A DNA stretch of 64,000 bases, from assembly GCA_976226885.1 (NCBI GenBank), contig OZ320317.1:49724001-49788000 (forward strand). The letters are read 5' to 3'. The stretch is from Iphione sp. A-MEVVRFRX5. Taxonomy: Eukaryota. Each line of letters begins with the position of its first letter. Positions within the stretch are counted from its first letter, which is position 1. The notes under the pieces were generated by a model. It did no database searches. It saw nothing but the letters and a program-made list of their open reading frames with translations, and had not been told where the DNA came from. The position numbers and the translations under genes are program-made. Shown here in pieces: positions 37,236 to 52,120 of this stretch.

Positions 37236-40200
37236 GCAGTTTTATATAATCAAGATCCAATATCCTTTCTGTCCCTGTCTAAATGGACGAGCACTCCGTT
37301 TTCGAATTGCAATACACATCATTTCTGGATGGTGTTTTTGGTAGTTCTATATCATTTATATGTTGAAGTTTTTTGGAAAGGCTATTATTACTATCATTCA
37401 TAATCGATATTTCGACCGCGTTTCACATCAGATTCATTTCCCCTCCTTCTATGTTGTGCTATTCCACTTTCAATGGCACACTTTTTCTAACCTGAAAATG
37501 CAATTTAGAGGAAAATAGGAGAACGAGGGAACGTTACTCATGTCAACCGTACGCTTGACTTTGCAAATGGGTTAAAAGAATGGCGCTTGCAATTCAAAAG
37601 ATATCGATTTGCCGACAATAATCACGCACATTGAAGCTAACCACTTTAATAAGCATTCTGTCAACGCAGCCGCGGGCAGGTTGGGTACGCCTAGCACAGA
37701 ATCAACTGAATGGTGTCTCGCATGCAACAGCGCAGGGAGGGCGGGGCAACTTGGAGCCTATTGGTGCGGTAGACACTACTCTCACCCCCTCCCCCTGGTG
37801 GCACTGCCCCCTGCCAACCCTTCCACCCCCCACCTTATGTAGGCAGAGGGAGCAATGTCGTAAAACAAATAGTTGGGTGCCGTAAACGTCCCTTGATTCG
37901 GCGCGAGCACGAAGGAGTGCGTCGGCGTGGCAGCCCATATCGCACGGCTAGCTGCTATAGGACCGGGCGCCTTGGGCAGCGATCTGTCAGCATTAGCCTC
38001 CCTAGTCCAAGCACATCGTTTGGTGCCCCCGCCCTCCCTCCCTCCGGCCCACCAGATTCACATCTCGCTACGTGTAACCGGCCTTTGCTGAGTTATGACA
38101 ATATGGAAAACACATCTAGTCACCGCCAGGCGGCGCCACACTTATGACGCTGGCGGGAACCAGATGTAGCTGACGGCTTGTAACGGGTAGCTGAATTAAT
38201 GGTGCGAGGCAGATTAAGGTTGTGACGGGTGATATGTTTCTCGTTCTTTCCACGCACTCTTTTATAGATGTCGGCCTCGAGTGCTAAGCGTCCATCTAGA
38301 TTATAGGGATAGAAATCGGGCAATAAGAATGGTGAATAATATCGCCAGTTGCGTCTGGCCCTAATAAATGTTCAAGACATACATTGATAGCACTATTACT
38401 GACAAAGACTAAATCTGACAGAAAATTTGATACGTTGTGGTATAGAGTTTATTTACAGAACCCTTTCGTTTAAAGACATGACAGTGAGGTTCCGACACAT
38501 TATGCCACATTTTTGTGTCCTATAAACTGATAAATGCTACACGGCTTTGGCTTTAGCGTGAGAGACATGTCCTAAAAGAACCTGAAGCAATAGCACGAAC
38601 CTACCTGGGTTTCGACAGATGCAGCCACGTAAGGTACCATGATATATACACCAGAGATGGAGAAGGCGACCAAGTAAAGGAGACAACAAGATAAAGGAGT
38701 TCCGCAAGGGAGAGGAAGAGACAGAAAGAAAGTGAATAGGGAGATGCAGATAAAAAGACAGTGAGAGACACGTTCCCAACCCACGTGGGACAGAGGGTCA
38801 GAGAGTATGAAAGAATAAAGAGGCAGAGATCAACAGATAGTAAGAGACAGAGAGTTAGTGATCAATTTGGACAGATTAGAAACAGTAGAAGGAGGCAGTA
38901 GACAGGCCCTGATGAGGGACCAATGAGTCGGCCTCCCAGAGGTAGAGAGCAGCTCCCGAGGTGACATGGGTCATCAAGGAGTAGTTCTATCCTCGAATGC
39001 CTTGCTGGCAAGGAGTAGTCGTACGACTGGCCCCGATGGGAAGTTGGGGGGGAGGGTTGTAGCAAGCCGACAGGCACGCAAGACCCGATCTTTTAGAGAG
39101 GACCGGGCGACAGATTCCTAGACCTCTACATATGTGCAGTTCATTCCCATTGTCCATCCTGTGATTCAGCATAATGGCCCATCATTTTGTCCCCTGGCGT
39201 TCTATCTTTGAAAAACTGTACATTCTAATAAGAGAATACACGTATTGTGGAGTTCAAGTTAAATTGATAATATCGGAAATGAACTAAGAGTTAGAAATCG
39301 CGATTTTGAATGCAATGACATTCTATACGGAAGGTCGTCACAGAGACCCTCTTTACAAAAGGACATCCTTTATCGGCAGAATTATTATCGACAATGGAGT
39401 CTAGCGCAATTTGCTTTCACGCAATTGAAAAAGAACTTTCGATTCTAATTATAGATGTGCACAAAAACAAAGGATAATACATGTATACATGTATATTTAA
39501 ATTCAATATTGCCAATAGGATAATTATTCCACATTGCCTTCAAACCTTTCTCTCTTGCATTCATTATTTAAAATATTCTGAATTCATAGCTCGAGCAACA
39601 ATAGCGGCTAATGGACCGCTAAAATCAGATGAAATGCCGGTATTTGTGTCTGATTGCAAGCTATATTTTTCATTGCAGTCCAAATTTGTGTGGATGTGAC
39701 TACGTGTATATGTTAGGACATAGATTCGGCTGCCTGCTATTTGTCCACAAACATGCATTAGTTGTTTAAGAGGGGCCCACCCACCCACCAAGCTGCGTCC
39801 CCGATAGGCTCACACATGTAGACGGTGATGGACCCTTTCCTGCCACTTCTCCAAAATTCTACTTATGTTCGCTTCCAATTACCCGGACCAGCGAATGCAG
39901 ATAGCAATCTTCAATCAGCTGTAAAATTGCACTTCTGTTTCGCGGCCGCTCGGGCCGCCTTTTTCCATTTTTTCATCATGATAGATCGGGATGCCAGTTG
40001 TTATTTCCTGCTTTGATGTGTTGCTTTCGCCATCCATCAGGTTGCCTCGCAAAACTAGCTCCATCAGATCACGTTGAATAATTGATATTTCTCGAAGCGT
40101 GGACGAAGGCAGCAGCGACGGCGCCAGTTGCGTTTGGAAGTGGCACACGGTGGCGCTCTTTTTCACCCAATCGAGGTGGCTCTGGGTACCTTTCAAATCC

Positions 40201-43200
40201 TCGAAGCCACTTTCGGTCGACTGGTTCGTTCGTTCAAGGCGCAGGGATGCGTCAGAGATTTGCTCTTTCCTCTTGGTTTCTCTAAAACCCAAAGCGCCGA
40301 GATTATTATCGAATCCGCCATATTGAATTTTATAACAAGACATTTGAGCCGGTTTGGTTCCACTGCAAAGCCCTTGTTAAGAAGTATCTTCATGATGCTC
40401 GAAAAAGTTGCAAATTCCTACTAATTGCAATGTGCTATTGAAATAAACTACAAACATTGTGCATTTAAGTCAAAGTTATCATTTGCTTTGCTCAATATAC
40501 AACAATTAAATATAATTATTTCACCGAGCAATAGACGTCATTGATTTGATCGGAGAGATAACGTCTTGATGCTCTTTCAAAGCTTTTCTGCTGTGTATAC
40601 AATCTCGTGGTTATATCGACATATTTCTCGTGCTGTACAAGGGGCGATTCGTGTTATCAGATTATGAATAGCTGACATGCTGTAGCAGCATGCAGAATTT
40701 TCTTCGATGCGTTTCTCCAAAATTCAATTTATAGACATTTAAACTACAGTCCAATTGGATTTTCTCAAGTGCATAGATACGTATATTCACAAACAGAAAA
40801 TGAATTCCTATGACCGACATAGAATCGGTATAAAGTTGGTAAATTTAATTATATTGATCTATCTGATGGCATGTGAATATGGTATTGAATACGTGGAGGA
40901 GATACCGGTACTTAATTTGAAATAAGGGTATAGCGCAGGTGTGCATCATAAACAGCACTGATAAAAAGACAATCCTTGAGATGGAGCGTCAGCTTAATCA
41001 ATGTCTCTTTCAGTAGGTTACGACTATCTCCCTCGGGACCGATACCTACGAATCTCTAACAAGATCAACACTATATCGCATTGACTGGTGGATGATAATA
41101 CATTGCAGCATGCCCTAAACTTTGGTTTTGTTTCGGATCTTTTACCGATGCCTCTATATCGCGTGTAGCAAATACGATGTAATTTTGTAACAGCACGCGA
41201 TTCTGACCACACAGAGACCCCATCTAACTTTTTGCTTGCGTGCCAACATAGAAAGCCATTCACATTTAATTCTTTAACCTCAAGCCAATAAGATCCGTAC
41301 CGGAAAGGCCAATTGCCCTTTCATGTCTTGTTTACTGAGAGACTGGTGTTTTACATTCTGATTTATCCTGTTAAATAGGGGAGCTTTTCTTATATCCCCG
41401 GCTCGAAATACTGTCACGAATTGCTCACCACACCGACACAATGTGTTGAGAAGTTAACTACAATGACTCCTTCATATTACTGCACGCATATTTGTTGGTA
41501 GATACACTCGTCCGATGTGAATTTACGTCCACCACTGAAGGCTATGAGAGGGCATACCTTTTTGCCTTTCCATGGCTCTCATTTAACGCTAGGGTTGGGT
41601 TTATGGCACGGACCCTGACCTTGGGACAGTAATGGAGGTCACGCCTTACTTTTTGTGACTTAAATTCTCTGTTGCTCTCTTGGCTGAGGCCGGAGGTACA
41701 AAACAACGGGTCCCGCGGGCATGGGGCCGCTGGGGACACGATCCGGCCGCTCCCGGGGCCCGCCTCCGGGGACCCTATCCAGCTCGGAGCGGCACGTATC
41801 AGCCCGGCCATGTGGCTTCCTCTAGACCCCATTGTCTACAACACACCTCCCCAACTAGGTCCCCCCTCTACCATTCTCTGCAGTAGCCCCATCCCCATCA
41901 AATGAAGTCTTCCTTATCGGCCAGCGAAGCCAACAACGGATCCAGTGGAACGCTAGAGGATTTACTTTCGTATTTAATGAGCAAAAGTTATTGTCCTTTT
42001 ATAGTTTCATCAGTTTCACTAGATAAGCTTCCCGTCTTATCTCGAACACAGTGGTATATAGGGACATGTTCAACGACTGGGGAGACAAATTTGTGCGGAG
42101 TATGGGCAGTATTCTTCAGATTTAATAAAAAGAATTGACCTTTTCACTAGACCCTTTGGAGGTGTGTGCAATGGTTAGTAACTGGGAGGTTCGCAAATCA
42201 CTAGACAGTGAATGGAAATAGCTTTCACCAAGATGAACTTCTATTGTGGAGAATTGCTTCTTTTAATTCGCGAAATTGAAAGCAAAAAGGATGCGTTAAA
42301 GCGGGCCTGGCCACGAAAACGACGTGTGTGGTCGACAGTCGATTCTGATTAGCTTTCCGTGGACAACATGTCAGCTAGGCCCCCAACTCTTTCTTATCAG
42401 GTTGGCGGACACAGTTGTGGACGCGCTGCGATTGAAATCAATAGGCGAGTGGCCCAGGAATAGAAGCGGATTAGAGGAGCGCAGTGTTGAATGAAGCCAA
42501 TAGGCCACCCGCGTCCATCATGTGTGGTTTTGAAGCTTTGATGAAAGAATGCTTTAATGAGAATAGCGAATAAACGCGCAGAGGGAGGGTCCGTGGCGTT
42601 ATCTTGCGAAAAAAAGCCAGATCACTAAAGGCCAAGATCGGGCCACCCAGGCGGTAATTAGAGTGAACCGTTAGCGAATCATCGTCGCGCGGCTTTTGGC
42701 AGCCGGCTTGATCTAAGGTCGGTCATTGAGCCGATCTTTAAATTCGGTTTAGTTCACAGGTCCTGTAACGGTCGTCAAGACAGTTGCTGGGATGGTACAC
42801 TGGTCCAAGTATACATTAATATTTATATTGATTGTAACCTATCGACATTCATACAAGAACCGAATGTCTCCCTCCATCCTTATCCGACATGGCGGGCAAG
42901 CTCTCCCCATATACAATGGCTGCTTCTGAGCTGTTATGAAAAGAATAATTCATTTGCTTGTGACGCCTATATTTCATACAGGTGAAGCGCGCTCAGATTT
43001 TATACGGTCTCTGTGTATATGGCTTCTTTTGACTGAACATTGACACGAATCATCGATTGTTGACAGAACCCTCTCATAGTCTCTGGATTAATTTCTCTTT
43101 CGTTTGAAATTCAGTTAACAGCATTGTATACAGAAAATATATTTGATATATAGTAGGACTTATACTACTATTCCTTCCATCAAAGCAGACTCATATGAAA

Positions 43201-44039
43201 ATATAACTGGATTCGTGATGACAAAGATTATATGCAGCTCCTGAAGAAAAGTATTTGATGATGTAATATCATAGACTCATGTCATTGTAGAATGTCTGCT
43301 AAAAGACAACTGGTGAATGGGTTTCCTTCAATGGCGTTTCCTTAATGACTAGGGAATCACCGTTATCTTCGGGTTAAGAGTTAAGGACAGAAGTGTGGTG
43401 GGCAATGAGTAAGCTCTGCTTTCGCTGGCCGATCTGTATTCCTGGGATAGATTGCCTGTCGGGGTCGTGCCTCCCTGGGGCCCTATTGGTCAGTCTCCGA
43501 GGTAAACGGCTGTCACATTCCCTGACCACTATATTCCATGGGGCAATAGAGTTGCACGACAGTAGGAATATTGCCGCGCGACCAAACAGAAAGACCAGTA
43601 TTGTCATGAAAATGAAAGAAAATGTGCAATATATTTGGCCATTAAATATGACTGATGAGTATGATTCTCTCTTCGACTCTTCTTCCTATGCTTCCTTTAA
43701 TTCGCCGCGTCGCTGGAATGTAATATGAAGGTAAAACTTATCAACATGGATGACATAAATAGTTGATGTGTTGATATCCGTTAGCTTTGGTATTCGACGT
43801 GGTAGTAAATATATTAATAACTTTTATGTAGTATTGTCTACAAGGGTGTGTGTTCCATGCCAGGCATAAAAGGACAATCGTCTCTTTAGATTACATTACA
43901 GGTTTTGCCCCATTAGGTTTCTATGCACGTGTGGTGTCGTGACGCACACATGTACACATGTTTGCAGTGTGATTTTTGGGAGCAATATTCATAGAAGGAC
44001 TGCCAAATATTCCTGGCATCACTGCAGATGTACTCATCA

Positions 44040-44280
44040 ATTCACCATTTTCGGCCTGATTTAAATGAAGTTCACTTTCTTCAGGCCGAGTTTTCAAAAC
44101 AATTTCTGTGTTTTGGCTATAACTTCATAAAAATTTCTGTTTTGGAGGCAGATTTTCATGAAATTCACCACTTTCCCTTGTTTTTGGCCAACTTTGCCTC
44201 ATATTTGCCTTGTTTCAGACATTTGCCCTTTTGGTGGCTTATTTCTGCTGCTTCCCACATTTCCATGGCAGAAAATCATA
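44040..44280 (+). repeat. Block of ~10-bp-phased T-tracts (probable TE interior)
   Basis: T-tracts recur roughly every 10-11 nt across ~240 bp. Confidence 0.6.
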
Positions 44281-44874
44281 GTATACGTGATACACTCTCA
44301 CCATGACTAGTGTTTGCACAGTAGTTTTAGAATTACCTTCCACGCCTACGAAAACACGCTCTGCGCTGGCACACATGCATACTACAGTTTGATTTCAACT
44401 TGTTCCTTTGTCAAAAACCTTCATGGAAAGACGATATAATCTACATGGCATATTTTGCCTACGACCTTCTCTCGCACACAGCATGCAACCTGCACACTTC
44501 CGTGTAGAAATGGAAAGGCAACCTAACATTAACAGATCTATTTACCTAACTAGCATCTTAAAAATTTGAAAGCAGCAGTGTGGGCTAATAAAGTGCGTTT
44601 GTACCTATGGTCAAATACATTTTCCTGTCTTCATATCTTACGACACTAACAGTATTCTTCATAACAGAGTATTAAATAAAAAAACATCCCTTCAATTTAG
44701 TAACCTGCCACCAATTATTTCTTGAGGGTACCCGGTCTGTCAGCAGTGAGCTCCCAATGTTGAAACTTTAACTGAAACTGAACACAGTGGTGATTTGTTC
44801 TGCTTAAATGTCCCTGTTTACTTCAGCAATCAATAGTAGGACTGTACTTTGAATAAGAATAGATATATTTCTTA

Positions 44875-45454
44875 ATGCCAGTTCCCATACCTGCATTGAT
44901 GTCCATGTGTTTCGGGTACGTTTTGGGCGTATTTAGGTCCACTTTTTATGACTACAAATTATTGATTTGAATGCAGAGAGTCATGCACATTCATGTGCAT
45001 TGTGATGTGTTAGGCATCCATTGACCAATAATTTCCCTACCCAATAATTTCATTCACACGGACCCCTTATGCACCAGTTGTATTCAGCAGATAACTTCTG
45101 TATCAGGTGGAAATAGGTACATGTCCTCACTTATATCAGTGGATTACACACAATAAGTCACATTTACCCACAAATCCATATTCTTCACGTCATTTTCCAT
45201 CATTATCACGGCTTTCTAGCATCACCTGTCCCTTTTTGTTATTTTCCCATCATTTTCCCAGCTTTTAGCATCAAATTCATCTTTTTTCATCCATCTTTCA
45301 TACACCATAGATTTCATGGAACATAAATGCACAGTCAATGGACTCCCCTGTGCATTTAGATGTATGACTGAAAAACGCATGAAAAACAGATGTTAACAAA
45401 TACAGATGGCAAGCTCAGCCTAACGCAGCTCAACACAGGTACGGGAACTCGCGC
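44875..45454. mobile_element. Diverged PIF/Harbinger-type MITE (580 bp)
   Basis: Left ATGCCAGTTCCCATACCTG versus reverse complement of the right end GCGCGAGTTCCCGTACCTG. TTA on both sides. Internal phased T-tracts. Confidence 0.6.
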
Positions 45455-48400
45455 TTATGCTCACTAAAAAAATAGCATGTGCTTGAAGCGTTGTACATAC
45501 TGTTTGTTTTAGGAAAGCAGTAATTCATACTATAGAAAAACATTCATCTCAGAGGCGATGTACTTTTACTATTGTCATCTGTCCGATGACATTATCGGTA
45601 TGGTAGCAGATGGTGCAATTCAACAATGCAATATTGGCCCGTCGCCTTGACAACACCCATCTTGTCTGTTTCTTTCCTTCAGTGCTTTCATCCTTTGTCA
45701 GCAGGTAAAATGCCAGGTGGGAGACGGGACCACGCCTAGTAATGGAGGCCCCTGGCATCTAGAGCGGGTGGGTTTTCGCTTGATAACAAGCTACTACCCC
45801 CACCCACCGACCCACGCCACCTACCCAGCCTTACTTTGCCCCAAATCGGGGAGAAAGGTATCTGATCTAGCTCATAGCGAATGTTGCTACGGGATACACG
45901 GATATGTAGTTCAGAATGGCCGCAAACTTCTGACGACAGTGTGTCTGACGTATAGTTAGATATGTTAAGAGCAGAGATTGTCATTGTCGAAATGCGAGGC
46001 CTTTATCAAAGGACAGCCGACATCAAACAGAGAAGTTTATGTTTTTGTGTTCGATGACGGCATCTGACGTCGGCAGTCGATTACACTGGCGTTTAAAAAA
46101 CAGGTTGAACCACACCCAGATCACGTGTACTGCTTGTTAGATGACTGGAACAAAACAGTTCAGAGTTAGTTACATCATCGTCATCTCATATATAATGTCA
46201 ATATTTGTGGTGACGATACATAGCGTCTTCACTCTGTTTCTTCTACTTGGGTGATCACCAACGAATTTTCTTGATCTGGGCTATCTAGGAGTGTACTAGG
46301 AACACGCATGTATACAGAAGTGCAGGCATATTTTTAAATATATAGGTTTATAACCTTCTTGTATGTTTCACCTGCCACATTAGATGTATGAATTTTCAAA
46401 GCTAATATTGGATTGCGAATTTAATGTGTGTGACAGACTTTCAATGGAACTGATAGAAAGCAATCGAGATGTGTAAGATTTCGCTGTCAAGCGAAACACA
46501 TTTGCCCGACGAAAAACGATCTTGGGCTGCCACAGTAGCTTTTTGCTACTTTCAAGGAAAATTCGTCGACCAGCATTGGATATTTTTGTGAAGTTAAGGT
46601 AAAGGACTTAGGAGAGCGGTATATTGAAAAACAAGTGTGATCGCACGACCATTAGTGCCGCCATTGCGGAAGTGTGTGGGCCATTGAGGCCAGCATCGTG
46701 TGTCGGGTCACCTTCAAAGACTTGCATGTCCAAGCCAGTCCGGGATTAGCTTAGGATGAGACCGTCTTTGATGTCTGGAGTCGAATGCGGTGGGGGTTGC
46801 TCCTTGGGAAAAAAGGGGGCACAGAAAGTGCTTGGCAGCTGCTGCTGGGGTGTTTGGTGGATGAGTGTGGCCCGGCTGCCCCGCCGGGTGCCGCAGGAGG
46901 TTAGGACGGGAGGAGCAAGGTCGGATTGACCACGCCGTAATGGGCTCTTGCGTCCGGCCGTGACCGCCGCCCCCGCTTCCACCAGACGCTGGTCATCTGC
47001 CTAATGGCGGCCTCCGGGCGGGGAGGGGGTGGGAGAGGGTGTTGGAGGAAGTCTGAAGGGTGGGCGAAGGGACCGGTCGGTGGATGCCAGCCAGTTGAGC
47101 GGATCTCCTCCACAAGATGTTTCCGAAACTCCACCCAATGAGTCATCGATCTGTGGGCGAGCTGGAGGCAAATACGGCTGCCATTCGGTCTCGCTACTTC
47201 AAAATCCAATTAGCATAAGTATGCTCAAACGCCTCGGGACGGATCTATATGACGGGCAAACCCTAACTCAGCAGTTCTAAGTAACTTGAGTTATTACATT
47301 GAGGAGGGCACATACTGATACAGCGATTAAACAGAAGATGGTTGAAATGCACGATATATATCCAAAATTGAACCAAATGAGCAAAATCTGCATTGGTTCA
47401 GAAATGTCATATTGTCAGATTATCGGGGAGAGCCACCTCAAGTAATGGAGGTTATTAATTACACTTGGTGAATAGGCGCACCTGATGGATTACTTCCATT
47501 GGGATTTTCTAGGCACAAATCGACTTTGCCCATGTGCCCACCCACCAACCTACCTAACCGTCATTACTCAGGGATCAGGTTGTACAGGCCAATAGAGGCT
47601 TTCATGGTCAACAGATTATACTCTCTCGCCATCCTTGTTCAAGAAACCGAGGCGCTTTGATCTCAGATTTACTCGGCTGGGAGGAGGCGCGCCGCCTGTG
47701 GCAACAATCCTGCTAATGGTTCCTTCCTTTGGCCGTGATTGTATATCACAGGTATCACCTGCCCCAGCCCATCCACTTCATGGCGCCTATAGCATGTCGG
47801 TTAATACGGTCACATGACTGCTGACGTCAGCAAGGGAGTGCTCAGGCAAACCTAGGCATCATATTGAGTGAGATCTTAACAAAACTAACCACTGAATATT
47901 TCTTTACGACAAGGAATTGACCCATCGCCTTTATACATCATTAGGATGCAAAATGATCTAAAATAATCGGTGCAACTGGTAGACAGCCTATGACAGACAT
48001 GCATCAGACTTCGACAGCTTCCACATGGTGCTGCTTAAAAATCAAGACAGGAGGTGTCTCACCAACCAAAAAAAGCACAGTTCTAATTGTCCAATTTTAA
48101 TAAAATTCATATATATTTATATAAAGCTAAGGTCCTCAGAAAGACAATGAGGTATAGCTTGTCTCTCTAGCTTAATTTAAAGAGAAGCTACAGCCCTGTA
48201 AAGTTTTACTGCGAACTCGTAATGTAAATGACAAATTTTACTGCGAGTGTAACAACGTCATTTTAACGTAAAATGACGTAAAACAGCGAACGGTTAATTG
48301 TGACATAGGGAAGAGTAAGCTTCATGGGCATGGGTTCTGCGATCGTTTGATACCACACCCAAATGTCGATGTGACTTCGGAAGGTCTTGCCTCGCCGTTT

Positions 48401-48899
48401 GCTCTTTGTTTTCTTTAGATTTCGGTGTAGGATTATTTGAGTTCATAACTGCTTGTGCACAAGTTTGATCAGTTGATGTGCACAATCCAAACTTAGGTAC
48501 ACAGGTGTGTGCACCTGATCACAAAGGCATCCACACCTAAAGGTCAGCGTAGCCACCACCGGTGATCCTTTCCTGCTTTCCCACGTGTAAAAGCCGGTCC
48601 AACGATCACTCTAATGGTGCCGTTGCCATGGAGAGAAAGAGCATCCCCCTCATGTCGTGTCGCGACGGCAGGTCAGCATGACGCCTTATCGACGATGCCA
48701 CCGGGGTGCCCGCTGGCCCCTCAGGGACCCAGGGGCAGCCCACCTTGGCGCCCGAGCAACTACTGGCGGTCTGCGTTGCTTCCCCCCCCCACACCCGCCA
48801 CCCATTACGACGACCGACAAGATGGAGCGCGTCGACTGTTGACAGTGGTTGTGATGGTGACAATACAAAAAGAAGATTGGGTGTTGGTGTGATGGTCAT

Positions 48900-49330
48900 C
48901 CTGCTGGCGGAGGATTTTGCTGGTGGTGTTGGTGGCGGTGGGGTGTTGGTGGTGGTGATGGTGGTGGTGGGGTGTTGGTAGTGGTGGTGCTGCTCCTGTT
49001 GCTGTTGCTGCTCCTGCTACTGCTGCTAGTGATTTAAATTTTAGTTGGTAGTAGTTCAGGTGTGTAATGATGAAAGGTATGGTAGATGGTGTTGTTAGTG
49101 ATAGTAGAGGTGGTGGGTAGAGCTGACGGTGGTGGCGGGTGATTGTGGTGGTTATGTGGGTGATTAAATTATTATGTGTAGTAATAGCGATGATAGCAGT
49201 GGTGGTTTTAGAGCTAGGAGAAGTTGTTGAAATGGCAGAGAAGTCGCATTAGTGAAAGCAAGGGTGGCAGGAAGTGGTAGTGGTGACTGTGGTGGCCGTT
49301 GGCACTGATGGTGGTGTTCGTCGATGGAGG
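48900..49330 (+). repeat. Low-complexity GGT/GTG/TAG-rich tract
   Basis: Degenerate trinucleotide runs (ggtggtg, gtagtg, gctgct). Similar in composition to 8100-8230. Confidence 0.7.
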
Positions 49331-50637
49331 TAACTGCAGCTACGCCTTGGATAAATACCCATACGGTCCACATGGTCAACAACACTGCCCAGCGAATTGC
49401 AAACACCTCCTACGCACAGACACGCAGCCCCAAGCTAACTCCACAACTTCATATCTTTGGTCAATGTTCATTGAATCACACTATATTAAAATTGAATTCA
49501 CAAGCTATGGTTTGAATTTTTTTTCTAAAACACTGTATGAAACGTGCAAATGTGTGCTAATCCCATCTACCTCTAACTATATTTGCTTCTAACATGGCTG
49601 GAAATATTTCCAATTCTGCCCAAGTCCGATTATTGCAAACATGAGCGTTATAGTTTTTGCCCCACTGTCACTGGTGCGAGAAGACAGCACCTAGGTATTG
49701 AAATGATTATTTTTTCATGGCAGGCGGCTCACAACGTCTCACAGCACTATAGTATAGTTGCAGACAAACACCATCTGGCATCGCAACACCGCGTATAAAT
49801 CATTTAGGCCGTCTCCCCTGTATTATCATCCAAGGCCGACTTGTCGCTCACAATTTGCAGAACGCTGTTGAATGAATATTTAATGTTAATATGTGCCCGT
49901 TGCCCGCGACCGTGCCATCAGGTTTCTCTCTGGTGGATGTTGAAGGGGGAAACATTATCATTTGGGGAGACACTAGTGTCCATCTAGCCCGTCCGCTCCG
50001 ACCTCCGACCTCTGCTTTGTTTCACAACATTAGTTCGCTGAGCGGCTTTGGGGCGAGACCGCCCCCTCGATGGCCATTTACAAAACCTTCACGTCCGCCG
50101 GCCGAATCAGCACCCTCTAGTGTCAGTTGCACGGCACCATTTGTCATGTGACGGCTCTTAGTCTTAAACTGGGCCCTCTGTCGACTAGAGAGGAAAGGCA
50201 ACCTTTCCCTTTAAGAACCGCCCCCTGTTTGCAGCTAGAAGCGTATAGCACTGCATGGAACGATACGAACACATGTGGTGATTGTAGTCTTCTAACCTCG
50301 GAGCCCTGTCCTTTACTCACTAGACAAACTGGAACGTCCTGACAGTCATATTTATACAGTAATTGATATATTACGAGACCAAAAGTAGAAATTTGCTGGC
50401 AGTTAGTCACATAAGCTACTGTTTGTCTGTCTGTGTGTTTCTGTCCATGTGCTTCTGTCAGCGACCTAAGTTGGGGGAGAGGAGAGCGACGACTAGGGGA
50501 CGATTATGCTGAAGGTCATCCTAGGGGTCGTGTCAAAGTGATCATGCCGCCGCACAAAGTGCATGCCTGATGACCCCTAACTTCCATTACTGCGACCTCC
50601 AGTCGGATTAATGTGGCGCTGACATTGCTCGACCATG

Positions 50638-50651
50638 CCGCCAGGGGGCGC
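50638..50651 (+). promoter_or_regulatory. CTCF core motif CCGCCAGGGGGCGC
   Basis: Full match to the bilaterian CTCF core consensus. Motif only. Confidence 0.45.
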
Positions 50652-51480
50652 CTTGGGGCCACGTGACCAGCCGGCAGCTAATCAAGGCCCGTCGATCACC
50701 CAGCGTCATCGAGATGGCGCGGCGAGCGTAATAAAGCGACACCGTCGGCGCAATTTGGCCGTGAATGACTGTCGGTGAGAACTAGGCAAACAGGATAGAC
50801 CAAGTTGACGCCTTTATCTCCGAGCATCATCATGTCACTTATCTCTTCCTTCCTTCCTCTTCGCCTGTCTTTGCGTTTCTATGTTGGACGCTATCATAAC
50901 TCTTATCTTTCCTCTTCGTTAGAGCGACTCGGCTGGTATATCGAGCATCCACCACCCCAACCTCAGAATACGGTGCTCGCATCAACTGGAGAGAGGCAGC
51001 TCATTAAAACTGGCTTGGATGCTCACACTCTGTAGTGGTGGGCGTGCATTCCCCGGAGGAGTAGGGCTCTTAAGCAAGTTTTTCGAGGAAAAAACGTTTG
51101 TAGCTCTATAAATAATGACCGAGTCTTGGAGGAGAGAACAGATATTGAGATTAGCGATAAAACTCACGAATTAGGGCCCACACCAAGACAAGTATCGTGC
51201 TTATGCCACATCCATATGGTATAGTTTTAACGACGTGCATTACATGACAATTCGTGAAGTATATGTATAACATGTATTTACACCGTGGCTTGAGATTTAA
51301 ATATGATTCTTGAGATGTATAACTTTTGTCATAGCCACGTTTGGACCACAATATCCATAAATAGAGAATGACTCAAGCTATGCGTCATGTCTGTTTCTCG
51401 ACTCAGTGTCCAGCCCTTACGCAATAGCGAAGGTCAATAAATGCCCTCGCTGCTTGCCCTGTTGGAGGGGACTCGCTTAA

Positions 51481-52120
51481 GGCCCGGTTTCCTTATCTGC
51501 GGAGAGCTGCGTGCGTTACAGTGCGGAAAACGCACCCATTTTACTGTCATGCTTATTCTAACCAGGGGTGTTCCTTATCTGCGGAGAGCTGCGGCTGCGG
51601 AGAGCTGCGGAGAGCTGCGGTGCCCGTTTTTGAACCCTTCCCGTAAATTCCACGCACACGGACTGCAACGCACCCCAACGCACTCCCATTTCCTTGATTT
51701 TGACTGACTTTGACTGAATTTGACTGTCTTTTGACTTATGATACTGCACATTTCTGCACATTTCCGCACAATGACGTTTTTTTCCTGAATTTTTCTGCAC
51801 ATTTTTGCCGTTTTTAGGCCTATTTTCCATGAAATATGCCGTTTTTCGGCCGACTTTCCATGTAATTTGACGTTTTTAGGCCTATTTTCCATGAATTTTG
51901 CCGTTTTTCGGCCCATTTTCCATGAAATGTGCGTAATTATAGTAGTTTTTTGCCGTTTTTCGTATATTTTCCGTGATCAACGCACACAAACGCACGCACA
52001 GATACGCACTGTTTGAGGACACCCCTCTGCGTTGCAGTGCGGAAACACCTGCTGTGCGTTTCCCGCACTGAAACGCACACGCATACCAACGCAGGTCGCC
52101 GCACATAAGGAAACCGGGCC
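51481..52120. mobile_element. PIF/Harbinger-type MITE (640 bp)
   Basis: Perfect 16-bp TIR GGCCCGGTTTCCTTAT...ATAAGGAAACCGGGCC and TAA TSD on both sides. Confidence 0.9.
51807..51930 (+). repeat. 31-bp tandem minisatellite (x4) inside the MITE
   Basis: Units resembling GCCGTTTTTAGGCCTATTTTCCATGAAATAT start at 51807, 51838, 51869 and 51900. Confidence 0.85.

Noticed and set aside
38605-38779. Strong minus-strand donor CAG|gtaggt after a hydrophobic frame
   Set aside because: The phase-1 frame has no ATG after an upstream stop, and the hydrophobicity comes from a GA-rich repeat. At most a UTR exon.
39915-40424. Overlapping ORFs on both strands, with an AATATGGCGG start context
   Set aside because: Only vague resemblance to a Harbinger transposase N-terminus. 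No DDE motifs or TIRs found.
43900-44400. Possible fifth MITE around the phased T-tract block
   Set aside because: Could not find convincing paired TIRs or a TSD.
49164-49406. Signal-peptide-like ORF MFAIRWAVLLTMWTVWVFIQGVAA
   Set aside because: GTG start, no usable donor, and it runs into low-complexity sequence and a stop.
51168-51240. MHVVKTIPYGCGISTILVLVWALI with phase-1 donor C|gtgagt
   Set aside because: Compatible in phase but 31 kb from the lectin exon, in AT-rich sequence with no promoter features. Kept only as a distant third candidate.
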